NCBI GenBank assembly: GCA_021791675.1
Contig: JAJYWE010000004.1
Location: 28,054 to 92,053 of the forward strand
Direction: 5' to 3'
Source of the DNA: Actinomycetes bacterium
Lineage (GTDB): Bacteria > Actinomycetota > Acidimicrobiia > Acidimicrobiales > JAKAOS01
DNA length: 64,000 nucleotides
This document shows positions 36,901-45,700 of the stretch, in pieces (positions within the stretch are counted from its first letter, which is position 1; each line of letters begins with the position of its first letter). Both the position numbers and the translations under genes were made by a program. The notes beneath the pieces were generated by a model. That model did not search any database. It saw nothing but the letters and a program-made list of their open reading frames with translations, and had not been told where the DNA came from.

Positions 36901-38227
36901 GCACGGTGGTCGCAGACGCGTCGGCAGACCAGGTGAGTGTGCTGGTCCCGCGACCGCCGGTGGACTGGCGGACCGCCAGCCCCGCGACGGCGGGCGGCGG
37001 ACTGGCGGTCGGTGTGGCGGTCGCACTGCTCGACGGTCCGGCCCCGACCGCGTCGACCGCGGTGACGGTCACGCCGACGGCCCGGCCGGGCGACAGGGCG
37101 GTGATCGTGTGTCGCAGCCCGGTGATCGTGGCAGTGCCGGTGGCACTGCCCTGCGTCCAGGTGATCCGGTAGCCAGTCGGCGCGGGCCCGCCTCCTGGTG
37201 TCCACGCCAGCGCGACCGACGTCGTGCCGGCGGCCACGGTGAGCCCCGCGACTGCGGCGGGCGGCGCAGTCGCCGCCGCGAGCTGCCAGACGGTCGTGCT
37301 GCTGCCGTACGACACGGACAGGATCTGGCCCGTGGCGGGGTCGGCGACGAGGGCCGTGGCGCTCCCGCTCGGCACCAAAGGCGCTGTGCCCGGGAGTGGG
37401 GTGAGCGCGCCGGTCCGCGTATCGACGGTGCCGAGGCCCGTGGTGGAGCTCGTCGCAGTCTCGGTGGTATAGCTCGCGACGAGCCCGACGCCCGGCACGG
37501 TCATCGCTCCGGTGAGGAGGGTGCCGGCAGGCGCGATGACCGGGAGTGAGGTCCATGCCGATCCGGTCCACGTGTCGATCTCGGTGGGATCGGACAGGGG
37601 GATCACCCCGAGCTGCCCGGTCGGGAGGGCGATGTACCCGTCCTGCGGCCAGCTCGGTTGCCCGCCGACCGTCGGGAGTGGGATGTGCAGCGTTGACCAG
37701 GTCGCGGGCGCCGTCGGGGACTGGCCAACGAGCGCGGAGCTTGAGGCCAGGGTCGCGGCCGAGTTGGGCGCGACGACCTGGCCGAGGGCCGGGACCCAGA
37801 CGGCCTGATTGGGGCTGTAGCCGGTATGCGGGACGTCTTGGACGCCGGGCAACGTGACCCAGGTGTTTTGGGGACCGAGCACCGCCTCCTCGGTCGCGCT
37901 CCCCCCGAGCACAGAACCGATCGCCAGGAGCCCTACGCCGGGCTCGTACGCGAGCTGGATCGGGCTCGCCAGCTCCGGGCCGGCGCTGGCCGGGATCGCC
38001 ATCGCCCACCTGGCGCCGGACCACTCGTACGTGGCGTAGCCAGCGAGCACCACGACAGTCCCGATGGCCGGGTCGTAGACCGCAGAGACGTTGGATCCGC
38101 TCGACCACGGGTTAGGCGTCGTCGTGACGACGCCGGGCGAGGCCGCTCGGGTGGCCGCTTGTGCTGGCGGGATGGCGACGGCGATGGCCAGCCCGGCAGC
38201 GGCGATGGCGGTGAGCAGTCGTCTCAT
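33959..38227 (-). CDS. 1422-aa surface protein with sortase-type C-terminal signal
   Basis: Signal peptide MRRLLTAIAAAGLAIAVAIPPAQA; FN3-like units (LAWTPGGGPAPTGYRITW); two Ig-like repeats (GVTF.GGASTANGVTNS.G); Pro-rich stalk; PAHTG + TM + RRR. Confidence 0.8.
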   Translation of the reverse strand: MRRLLTAIAAAGLAIAVAIPPAQAATRAASPGVVTTTPNPWSSGSNVSAVYDPAIGTVVVLAGYATYEWSGARWAMAIPASAGPELASPIQLAYEPGVGLLAIGSVLGGSATEEAVLGPQNTWVTLPGVQDVPHTGYSPNQAVWVPALGQVVAPNSAATLASSSALVGQSPTAPATWSTLHIPLPTVGGQPSWPQDGYIALPTGQLGVIPLSDPTEIDTWTGSAWTSLPVIAPAGTLLTGAMTVPGVGLVASYTTETATSSTTGLGTVDTRTGALTPLPGTAPLVPSGSATALVADPATGQILSVSYGSSTTVWQLAAATAPPAAVAGLTVAAGTTSVALAWTPGGGPAPTGYRITWTQGSATGTATITGLRHTITALSPGRAVGVTVTAVDAVGAGPSSSATATPTASPPPAVAGLAVRQSTGGRGTSTLTWSADASATTVRVETSPVPTGPWSVVTTLPGTATTYTVSGLAIGSDTYARIVPLNGGGSGPPGQIAILRPSSAPTGYPTAATATMSLDPAQASSVFLQPAAAGVIPGGGDGTEVPAELVAGTSYTQVPAIWASALPPGTAFDGAAGTGIRPQLPEVGSGASPITGSGGAALWGPGSDAAGFTSGYGGYGSETATWSASGQRQMAQQVDAPHTVYVATPPTGSTSDLGPILGPTAAGAPTVADALGSAGYSDAQTLSASAHPTATVTASPSGALTELATLPPQTMSLWGGLLEVSYAAETVSWSAAPTTTVNGLTTWVPPVVRAAGPTTWRVTGATPATGTLPVAGETFFTGTPLAVTVPSAVAVATANTWHGDSSISGTTPEIAPPTAGEWLAGAASVILPGHQALETWGVMVGGMDQYVPHLRPIDAPSTAAPGYQVIVDGLAPAPTAWGVGPSSSATGWGALLAPLASPQIVCVPYGSWWSGPACQRGPVSVSDAASIAELGYDVSVGGVTAYDALWSGPGTPAAVHPVVSRTAQSLPHLIAAGTTITAPTGATATLTADVSVRPTWPGMGDAFGPAALPVAVGFSVDGLPVDGCQDVQVAVSTSNPPTGGGPVPAVATCQATGLAPGWHTWAATARTSSSSLALSAQPATTATQQLLVAGTVPHVVLTGSGSQTVRVGQQFRGLVAVATDPGVPASGVTVDFRAPAGVTFVGGASTANGVTNSVGVATSPPLVADYALSGLVATATPAGYAGWSPWLPAAESGAGSYVLTAVSAPARPTVTLAGSGTVDMSTGGSHAGVTATATLPDGSPAPGVEVRFAAPSGVTFAGGASTANGVTNSAGQVTSPGLVAGSSATSGHLIATPQGIESTSPDYGDPYTGQGTWSIVVTSPPAKPPAPVIPPAPAKPPAPVVPPAPAKVPPAHTGEPWSGGVTYYLLAAGLGLAGLALVAPRRRAGRSVPSSPSAGVVPPRRGGKVLWARVASRPEDLA
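34150..34262 (-). repeat. coding tandem repeat (Pro-rich stalk PPAPAKPPAPV)
   Basis: Reiterated ggggccgggggcttggc / ggggggaccacc units visible in the sequence. Encodes PPAKPPAPVIPPAPAKPPAPVVPPAPAKVPP. Confidence 0.7.
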
Positions 38228-38231
38228 GATC

Positions 38232-39977
38232 TCAGTCCTCCCACGTGTCGGGTGGTGGCGGTGGTGGCGTCGGTGGTGGCGTCAGGTCGGTGGTGGGGCA
38301 GGCTCCCCGCGGCACCCCGATCGCGTCGAGGCGGTCGGGGAGCGTCGATGGCGGCGCCCAGGCGACGCGGAGGCCGCAGACTTGGCCGCCCTCGGATGCG
38401 ACGACGCCGAGCCCTCGGCTGCGGCCATCATCCAGGAGTGCCAGCTCGGCCTGGGCCTGGCTCGGCTGGTCGCCGTCAAAGACCATCTCGAGTGCGATGC
38501 GAGACGGCAGCTGTCCCGGCGGACAGAGCTGCACCCTGGACGTGAGGTTGGAGCGCAGCTCACCATCGAGATATCGCGCATCAGGCCGCTGGGCGGCCAG
38601 GACCAGGTGGATCCCGACATAACGCGCCTCGCGGGCGAGCTTGCCGACGACGAGAGCGATGCCCGCCCGCTGGGCGTTGGCCGCCTCGAGCTCCTCGCGG
38701 CGCGGGTCGTCACGGGCGAGGGCCGGTGGGACGCGGGCCTCGATCACCGTCGAGACGTACTCGTCGATGATCACGAGCGTCGGAGCGACCCGCTCGCGCC
38801 GGCGCACATCCGCCGGCAGGTCTGACCACTTGCCGGCCTCGTAGGCCCTCAGCACACTCTTGCGTCGCTGGGCCTCGGCGTATATGTCGTCGAGGAGGGC
38901 GGCTGCCGGAGCTATGTCATCGGCCCACCCCGCCGCCGCGTAAGGGCGGAGCCGGATAAAATCGACCCCCCCCTTGATCCCATCCACGATCGCAAGACGG
39001 TGGCCACGCGCGAGTGCCTGGGCGGCGAGGGCGAGCAGCGCCACCGTCTTACCCGAGCCGGTGGCGCCCACGGCGAGGACGTGCGGGCCCGCGGTGAGGT
39101 CGAGCGCGACGGGCTCGCCGCTGGCGTCTCGCCCGAGCGGTAGCGATGCCCAGTCGCTGCTCATCGTGTCCGGCAGCTCCGCGAGTAGATCGACGGTCTC
39201 CGGCAGCCGAGCGGGCGGTCGGTAGACGGCGAGCCACCTGCCCGCCAGTGCGTCGTCCAACACGTCCCACCGCTCGTGGCCGCCGGGGAGCAGCGACGCG
39301 ACGAGTGCCCGGATCAGCTCGTCGCGCTTGACGCTAGGTGGTGTCCACGCCGGGCAACCCACGTCGATCGCTGCTACCGGCGCGCCCGGGTCGGGCGCCC
39401 AGGTCACCGCGACCTCTACCTCCCAGGGCGCCAGTCGCATCGCCGCAGCGATCCGATCGCGCAGCGTGGCTGTCCAAGGCCATATGCGCGCTGCCGACGC
39501 GCTGCCCGCGGGCACGTCCGCCCGGACGAGTCGCAGCCCTTGCATCAGCAGATGGGCGTCGAGCTCCTGTAGGTCCCGGTCGGACGTCCGGGCGGCGAGT
39601 GTGAGTGTACGACCGTCCCAGTGCGGTGCGGGGGTGGCCGAGCAGACGGCCTCCCGCGTCGCGTCCAGCCAGGCCACGGGGTGCATCTGGGCGCCGGTGT
39701 GCGAGGCGAGACGGGCGACGAGGCGAGCGGTGTCCTCTGGATCGCCGCGGAATCCCGGGGGCACGCGCACGCGCAGCGATGCCGGCGGCTCGGGGGCGGG
39801 CGGCGTGGCGTGATCTCGCCACGCGTCGAGCGCCTCGAACGCCTGCTCTTGCCCGCCGGTGAGGTGCTCCAGCTCGTCGATTGCCGCCGTGGCAGTCTGG
39901 TCGTCGTGCGCGTTGAGCGCGGCGTGGAGGCGAGCGCAGGCCGCCCAGATCACGGTCTCGGGCCGGGTGCGCATCAC
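38232..39977 (-). CDS. FtsK/SpoIIIE-family DNA translocase (TraB-like)
   Basis: Walker A AVGATGSGKTVAL, Walker B TLVIIDEY, and the LVLAAQRPD motif. No N-terminal TM. Confidence 0.85.
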   Translation of the reverse strand: MMRTRPETVIWAACARLHAALNAHDDQTATAAIDELEHLTGGQEQAFEALDAWRDHATPPAPEPPASLRVRVPPGFRGDPEDTARLVARLASHTGAQMHPVAWLDATREAVCSATPAPHWDGRTLTLAARTSDRDLQELDAHLLMQGLRLVRADVPAGSASAARIWPWTATLRDRIAAAMRLAPWEVEVAVTWAPDPGAPVAAIDVGCPAWTPPSVKRDELIRALVASLLPGGHERWDVLDDALAGRWLAVYRPPARLPETVDLLAELPDTMSSDWASLPLGRDASGEPVALDLTAGPHVLAVGATGSGKTVALLALAAQALARGHRLAIVDGIKGGVDFIRLRPYAAAGWADDIAPAAALLDDIYAEAQRRKSVLRAYEAGKWSDLPADVRRRERVAPTLVIIDEYVSTVIEARVPPALARDDPRREELEAANAQRAGIALVVGKLAREARYVGIHLVLAAQRPDARYLDGELRSNLTSRVQLCPPGQLPSRIALEMVFDGDQPSQAQAELALLDDGRSRGLGVVASEGGQVCGLRVAWAPPSTLPDRLDAIGVPRGACPTTDLTPPPTPPPPPPDTWED

Positions 39978-40831
39978 AGCTCCTCCTCCGACAGGTCGAT
40001 TGTTTCCTCCTGTGCCGGCGAGCCGCCGCCGGCGGCCTCCTCGGCCGCCAGGCCGCCCAAGGACTCGGACGACTCTCGCCGGGCGGCCTCCGCGACGCTC
40101 ACGGGCTCGAGCCGGAGCGTGCCCCGCCCGGAGGGGACGAGCTGGTACTCGGGCATGTGGGCAGCGACACGCGCGGCGAGATCATCCCACTCGGCTGCGA
40201 CAGCAGTCCTCGGCAGCGGTGGACCGATCACGATCGAGTCGCCGTCGACCCCCCACGGCACGGCGCCGCCCTCCAGATCGGCCTGGCTGCACCCGAGGAC
40301 GACCGAGAGCGTCACGTCGAGCCCGGCCCGGCGCTGGCGCTGCGCTGCGAGGACGCGCACGCCAGAGATGCCCGCTCCCATGCCCGCTCCGACCACCGCG
40401 CCGTAGATCAGTCCTGCTGGGGTGAGCCCGACGACGACCCCCACGACGGCGAGCCCGACGACGAGGCCGGCGGCGGGCCAGCGCGGATCCAGCCGGGCCG
40501 CACGGATCCGATCCCGCAGCGGCATCGGTCCACCGGCGAGGAGGCGATCCGTGAGCTCGTGGCCGGAGGTGGCTCCGAGCAGGATCCCGAGCGGTACGGC
40601 GTCGATCCAGCTCCGGCTGATCGCGAGGTAGCCCGTGACCAGGGCTAGGCCCCCGGCCACGGGCGCGATGATGCCGGCGGCGCGCCGGAGGAGGCCGACG
40701 TGCACTCCGAGCGCCTCGCCGCCGGCGCCGGCGGGGACGGTCACGCCCACGATCCCGGCACGTCCAGCCCCGCGGCGCACACGACTGGCCGCCACGAGGA
40801 CCAGTGTCACGACCACAAGACCTGCCGTCAT
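39974..40831 (-). CDS. polytopic membrane protein coupled to the translocase
   Basis: ATGA overlaps at both ends; at least 5 hydrophobic segments; acidic C-terminal tail. Confidence 0.55.
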   Translation of the reverse strand: MTAGLVVVTLVLVAASRVRRGAGRAGIVGVTVPAGAGGEALGVHVGLLRRAAGIIAPVAGGLALVTGYLAISRSWIDAVPLGILLGATSGHELTDRLLAGGPMPLRDRIRAARLDPRWPAAGLVVGLAVVGVVVGLTPAGLIYGAVVGAGMGAGISGVRVLAAQRQRRAGLDVTLSVVLGCSQADLEGGAVPWGVDGDSIVIGPPLPRTAVAAEWDDLAARVAAHMPEYQLVPSGRGTLRLEPVSVAEAARRESSESLGGLAAEEAAGGGSPAQEETIDLSEEEL

Positions 40832-41634
40832 GCCGTCAGCTCCAGCTCCAGGCCGAAGCGCTCGACGAAGACCGTGCGTGCCTTGTCGAGTCGGCGGGAG
40901 CAAGTGGTCGCTGGCAAGCCGAGCCGGCGAGAGAGCTCGCCGACCCCCACCGGCTCGCCGTCGGGGTACCAGGAGATCCACTCGGCGGCAACGCGCCAGA
41001 CGTCGTCGGAAATGTCCCGACACTCGGAGAGGCACCGGGCGATCACCGCTGCGGCCTCGTGCGGGTACAGCTCAGGTTGGTCGTCGACGTAGGCGGCGTA
41101 CTCGGCGGCGACTCGCTTGCGATCCAGCCGAGCTGGATCGCACGGGGCGATCGTGTGGGGGGCGAGGTCGTCGGTGCTAGCGAGCGCCCCCTGGCGCGCT
41201 GCGTCGGTCCTGGAGGCACTACGAGCAGTGTTATGGGCAGCGACGAGCTCGTTGTCGGTTGGCTCGCGACCGAGGCGGGCGGTGAGTTGTGCACGGGTCC
41301 GGGACATGCCGCGCTGGCGGCGCATCGAACCCGTGTATCCGCCGAACCCGGTAGCCGCCCCGGACTCGAGCTCGTCGCGGAGCAGCGAGTGTGCGCGCAC
41401 GTACACCGCGGACGGCCAGGTCGGGCTGCCGGGGTGCCGGCCGTCCTCGAGAGCCCTGAGGGTGGCCAGGCGGACGAGCTGGCGGGCGTCGTCGAGGGAG
41501 ACGCGCTGGCGGGCTCGGCGGACGAGGATGGACGCGATCCGCTCGAGCACGACTGCTTGCGCGGTGAGCACGTCGGTGAGCGGGTCCGGGATGCGCGGTG
41601 CCATGCCTTTAACCATGCGGAGACTGGTGCTCAT
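40828..41634 (-). CDS. sigma-70-family-like protein
   Basis: Region-2-like VRLATLRALEDGR...YVRAHSLLRDEL, region-3-like TRAQLTARLGREPTDNELVAAH, region-4 HTH VGELSRRLGLPATTCSRRLDKART. Confidence 0.6.
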   Translation of the reverse strand: MSTSLRMVKGMAPRIPDPLTDVLTAQAVVLERIASILVRRARQRVSLDDARQLVRLATLRALEDGRHPGSPTWPSAVYVRAHSLLRDELESGAATGFGGYTGSMRRQRGMSRTRAQLTARLGREPTDNELVAAHNTARSASRTDAARQGALASTDDLAPHTIAPCDPARLDRKRVAAEYAAYVDDQPELYPHEAAAVIARCLSECRDISDDVWRVAAEWISWYPDGEPVGVGELSRRLGLPATTCSRRLDKARTVFVERFGLELELTA

Positions 41635-41999
41635 CGCTCGCTCTCCTGTCGTACGGAGGTCCCGATCTCGCTGCTCGGCCAGGTGCTATAGGCGCGCAGC
41701 GCGACTCTCGTCGCCGGGAGCATCCCAGCGCCGAGTGCGCAGCCAGGCAACGGCTCGACCGGCAGATCGTCGACCTCAGCGTCGGTGATCCCGGCCTCTA
41801 CCAGAGCGAGCCGGAGGCTGTCGGGCCTCCAGCCGGGCTCGACGAGCAGGATCGCCTCGACCTCCCACGGCGAGTAGGCGGTGAGCAGCACCTCCGGGCG
41901 CCCGCTCAGCTCCTGGTCGATCTCCTCGACCTCAGCCTCCCAGCTCCGGACCGCTATCACACGGATCCGTTTCGGAATCCGATCTTGGTGCCTGGCCAT
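41631..41999 (-). CDS. hypothetical protein (first gene of the sigma/translocase/adhesin operon)
   Basis: ATG at 41999 preceded by AGGAGA and by the 11-mer CCGCCCTCATA; ATGA overlap downstream. Confidence 0.5.
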   Translation of the reverse strand: MARHQDRIPKRIRVIAVRSWEAEVEEIDQELSGRPEVLLTAYSPWEVEAILLVEPGWRPDSLRLALVEAGITDAEVDDLPVEPLPGCALGAGMLPATRVALRAYSTWPSSEIGTSVRQESER

Positions 42000-42053
42000 C
42001 GTGTCTCCTATGAGGGCGGGCGATCTGCCCGCCAACCGGTTTTTTGGAGATTT

Positions 42054-42098
42054 CTTGCACAGACGGCCTCGCCCGATTGGCGAGGCCGTCTGTGCAAG
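42054..42098 (-). terminator. perfect 20-bp-stem hairpin starting 1 nt after the pilin-like gene stop
   Basis: CTTGCACAGACGGCCTCGCC-cgatt-GGCGAGGCCGTCTGTGCAAG. No U-tract on the minus-strand transcript. Confidence 0.6.
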
Positions 42099-42099
42099 A

Positions 42100-42702
42100 T
42101 CAGCTGGCTGCCGCAAAGCTGCTGGTCGACCAGCCTGATGTTGGGGTGGTGGATGCCGAGCAACCGCCGGCCGCAACGTTCGTTGCGCTGGCGAAGAAGG
42201 TCCCGGGGTGGGGCAAGAAACCGGACGAAACGTTGCCCAAACCGTTGATCTGCTGGACCAGCGAGCTGCTTGGCGACTCGACGTCGAGCGCCAGGTAGCA
42301 CGTCTTCGTCGCCGGCACATAGCTGGCCATCTTGAGGCTCAACCCGTTGGTCCCGGGGGCAAAGCTGATTGCCTTCGGCCCGCTGGACGGTCCAGAGTCC
42401 GTCCAGCTCAAAGCGGGCTCCGCGCCCTTGAGCGCCGTAACGCCGCTCGTTCCCACCAAGCCGCCATAGGGGCTGGCGGCCCCTGCGTCCTGCGTGTAGA
42501 TGGTCTTCGCTGCGACCACCGCCGTCGAGAGGTTGTGCTGGGCTGCGGCGTTTTGAGTCCCGCTGATCGCTCCGAGGAACGTCGGGACGGCGAAGAACGC
42601 GATGATCAGGCCGGCGAGGAGAAGACCGGCGAGAACGGTGAGCAGGCTCGTGCCGTCCTCGTCAAGATCGATGATCCTCGGCTCCCCAGTGATGGTTGGC
42701 AT
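42100..42702 (-). CDS. type IV pilin-like / pseudopilin-like protein
   Basis: ATG at 42702 preceded by GGAAAGGA. DEDG-TSLLTVLAGLLLAGLIIAFFAVPTFLGAISGTQNAAAQHNLSTAVVAAKTIY resembles a prepilin N-terminal helix but lacks Glu5. Confidence 0.45.
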   Translation of the reverse strand: MPTITGEPRIIDLDEDGTSLLTVLAGLLLAGLIIAFFAVPTFLGAISGTQNAAAQHNLSTAVVAAKTIYTQDAGAASPYGGLVGTSGVTALKGAEPALSWTDSGPSSGPKAISFAPGTNGLSLKMASYVPATKTCYLALDVESPSSSLVQQINGLGNVSSGFLPHPGTFFASATNVAAGGCSASTTPTSGWSTSSFAAAS

Positions 42703-42797
42703 GTCGGTGGTCCTTTCCTGTTCGCCGTCCCCGACGGGGCCGGTCATATAGAGATCGGAACGGGCCAGTGCGACACACTGTCGCACCGCCTGAGCTG

Positions 42798-45700
42798 CTA
42801 GAACTCCCGGCGATCAAGCTGCTCGGGCTCGACCTCGATGTCATCGAGGTCGAACGCCGAGGCAGGAAACACCCAGCACCGCCGCGCATCGCGGACGCCC
42901 AGGGCTGCCGGGGCCCGACCCGTTGGCGTCGTGCCGGGCACCACGAGCGCCGCCAGGCTCCGCGCAACCTGCCGATCCGCAAGACCTCGCATACCAGCAG
43001 TTTCCCGAGCGGCTCTCACGCCCGTCGGGGTCAACAGGACGTGCCGCCCGTCCCGCGAGAGCCACCCGAGGTGCCGCCCGCACGCGTCCCAGCGGTACGT
43101 GGTGCCGCTCGGCCCGTCGGACTCGCTGAGCCGCCAGCCGAGGCGGAGCGGCCTGCTCTCCCGAGCAGACTGCTCCTCACCGGCGAGTGGGCAGCGCCCA
43201 TCGGCGCCGAGGAGGTGTCCTTGCTTGCCGGCGAGCATGTCGCGGACCGCAGCCAACACCCGGCGGCCCGGATCAGCGTCTTGGTGAGCCGCCGCCTGGG
43301 ATCTCGCAAGCGCAGCGCACAGCTCGCGCACTCGAGCGGACGGCGGCAGCACGTCCTCGCCGACCCCCATCTCTGCCAGGCACCGGCGCAAGGCGCCGAT
43401 GCCAGCGGAGATTGCGGCCACGGTCTCTCCCGAGCGACCGTGGCCAAGAGCTGCGTACGCAGGGCGCCACAGGCCGTCTCCGATGGCACTGATGGCGTCC
43501 AGGCCGCCACCCGCGTCGGCCTGGGCCGCCAGCCAGGCCAGGTAGTGCCCGATGAGCGACCGGGCCAGGCCCGGCACGGCCCAACGCGCTCTCCAAGCGT
43601 CGATTGGCGGGTTATCGCTCGCGAGCCGCAGATCGCCAGGGCCGATCTCGATCAAGACCGTGCGCTGTAGGACAGCGGCGTCCGACGGCGTGATCTCGCC
43701 CGTCCAGACCACCGTGGTGCGGGGCTCTCGCCCCGAGCGGAGCCCGCCCCGCCGAGTCCCCTTGGCCCCCGTCGTACCGCCGTAGGCGGCCTGTAGGAGC
43801 CCACTGAGGACCTCCGTGGTGGTCTCGTTGGCACGACCGTCGTGGTCGGTCAGTCGGTAGTCGTCCGCATAGACCACGCCGTCGCGGTGCCAGCCCGCGA
43901 GGACGAGCGCGCCGATTGTCGAGCTCGACTGGATCGATAGCGTGGCGACGCCCTTTTGGACCGCGACGGCGGCGGTCCAGGCCGCGGTCGCGGCCAGGAG
44001 GAGCGACTTGCCCGAGTCCGGCTCGCCGATGAGGCCGATCGAGGGACGGGTGGCGAGCCGGAGCGGCGCCGCAAAGACGGCCCCGAGGAGAGCGAGACCA
44101 ACCTCCGGCCGGTCCGGAGCGATCCCGAGCCAGGCGGGGATCGCCAGGACTGCCTCGTCGAGCGGGGCCAAGGCGGGGGGCATCCCGGTTGCCGCTGCGA
44201 CGCCCGCAAGGGCGTCGTCGTCCGAGCCCACGGGCGGAGCCACCGCGGTGTCGTGGTCGACACCGCGTGCGTTGATCGATCCTCCGGGCGCCGCCCAGGT
44301 GGCGTGGTCGTCCTGCCATAGCCAGCCATTGAGCGCAGCGCGGGTCGTTACCGCCTGCTCTGCGTGCCCGAGGACGCGGAGCATATTGCCGACCCGCTGA
44401 GCATCCTGAGGCATAACGGGCAGCGCAACGCCAGCATTGAGCGCATCGACGACCCTGGCAGGAGACACACTGTCGGCCGCAGACAGGCCGTCGCGCCAAT
44501 ACCTACGACCGTCCCGACGGATCAGCTCGACCGCGTACTCGTCGATGCCGATCTGCGGTCGGCCCTGCTCGTCCACGCCGGCGGTCGTGCGGTGCTCCGG
44601 CCGCCACGCGATCCAGTCGGCCACAAGGTCGTCGGTCGGGATCGACTTGCCGTCGAGCCCGCGGGACCACGACCGGTGCCACAGGCCGTGCCGAGCCGAG
44701 CCGACCACGGCGATGCAGTCGCCGGGGAGCGCGATAGCAGTGCCGTCCGGGGCGCCGAGTGCCTCACCGAGAGCCGCGTCGGCGACGGGACTCTCCGCCT
44801 CGGCCAGGACGATCGGCGGGAGCCGATCCGGGACAGCGAGGACTGCTCGCAGATCTGCCGGCGAGCAGTCGGCGTGGTCGGCGAGCAGGCGGACGAGTGT
44901 GTCCTCGTCCGGGGCGAAACGTGCGACCTGGGCGGCGAGCCGGTAGTCGCCGCCGCAATAGGCGGCGGCGACGAAGGCAAACGAGTCGAGTGAGCTGCTG
45001 GGCTCGAGACCTAGGCGCTCGCAGGCGCTCGCCGAAAAAACGGTGAGCCGCTCGATGCCATCAGGATCCTCGTACGTCGCGGCTTGTACGGCTGAGCCGT
45101 GCGGCTCGGCCGGCTCGGCCCAGTGGCTCTGGCCGTCGGCTCCACCCACGCGCTCCCAGCCCAGGACACGCTCGAGGAGTACCGATACGGGGACGGCGGC
45201 GGCAAGCCGGTCTCCGGGCCGGTCGTTGTCCGCGTGGGCGACTCGGCGCTCTGGGAGGCGGCGAGTGGCCTGTCGAGCCGGTCGGGGCTGGAGCGGCGGC
45301 AGCCAAGCATCGAGCTCGTCGAGCGAGATGCGGCCGCCGGGGGCAGCGACGATCTCGACGGGCAGCGAATCGCATCCGGGCTTTCGCCGCGTGGTGCCCG
45401 CGACACGCAGCACCCGCGCGGGATCGGCAAGCACCCCCGCATCCAGATGGCGGCCGGCCACCTGGAAGGCGGCCACCCAGGCGGCCTTCCAGCGCTGCGC
45501 GAGCTGGCGTGGATCGTCGCTCGCGAGTGGCTCCGCGAGCGGCAGCCAGATGTGGCATCCGCCGCCGGTCTCGACGCGCATCCGCGGCCGGTCGCCGAGC
45601 AGGGCGGCGATGAGCTCGTCGGCCTCCTCCCGTGTCGGGAGGTTTTGAGCTGCATGGCCGGGGGCGGCCACGTCGACATCGGCAACGAGCGCGGGGTAGC

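Noticed and set aside
34160-38108. Many 100-480-aa ORFs in other frames across the adhesin gene (for example 34629-36077, 35669-36814, 36798-38108)
   Set aside because: They are R/G/P-rich artefacts. The 33959-38227 frame has a signal peptide, repeated domains and a sorting signal.
38232-39977. FtsK-like ATPase as a type VII secretion EccC
   Set aside because: It has a single ATPase domain, only 581 aa and no N-terminal TM, and it sits beside Rep, Int and Xis. No ESX components (EccB/D, WXG100) are present.
42054-42098. The 20-bp perfect inverted repeat as an att or oriT site
   Set aside because: It starts 1 nt after a stop codon at the end of a monocistronic gene. A factor-independent, U-tract-less terminator is the simpler reading, though a dual role is not excluded.
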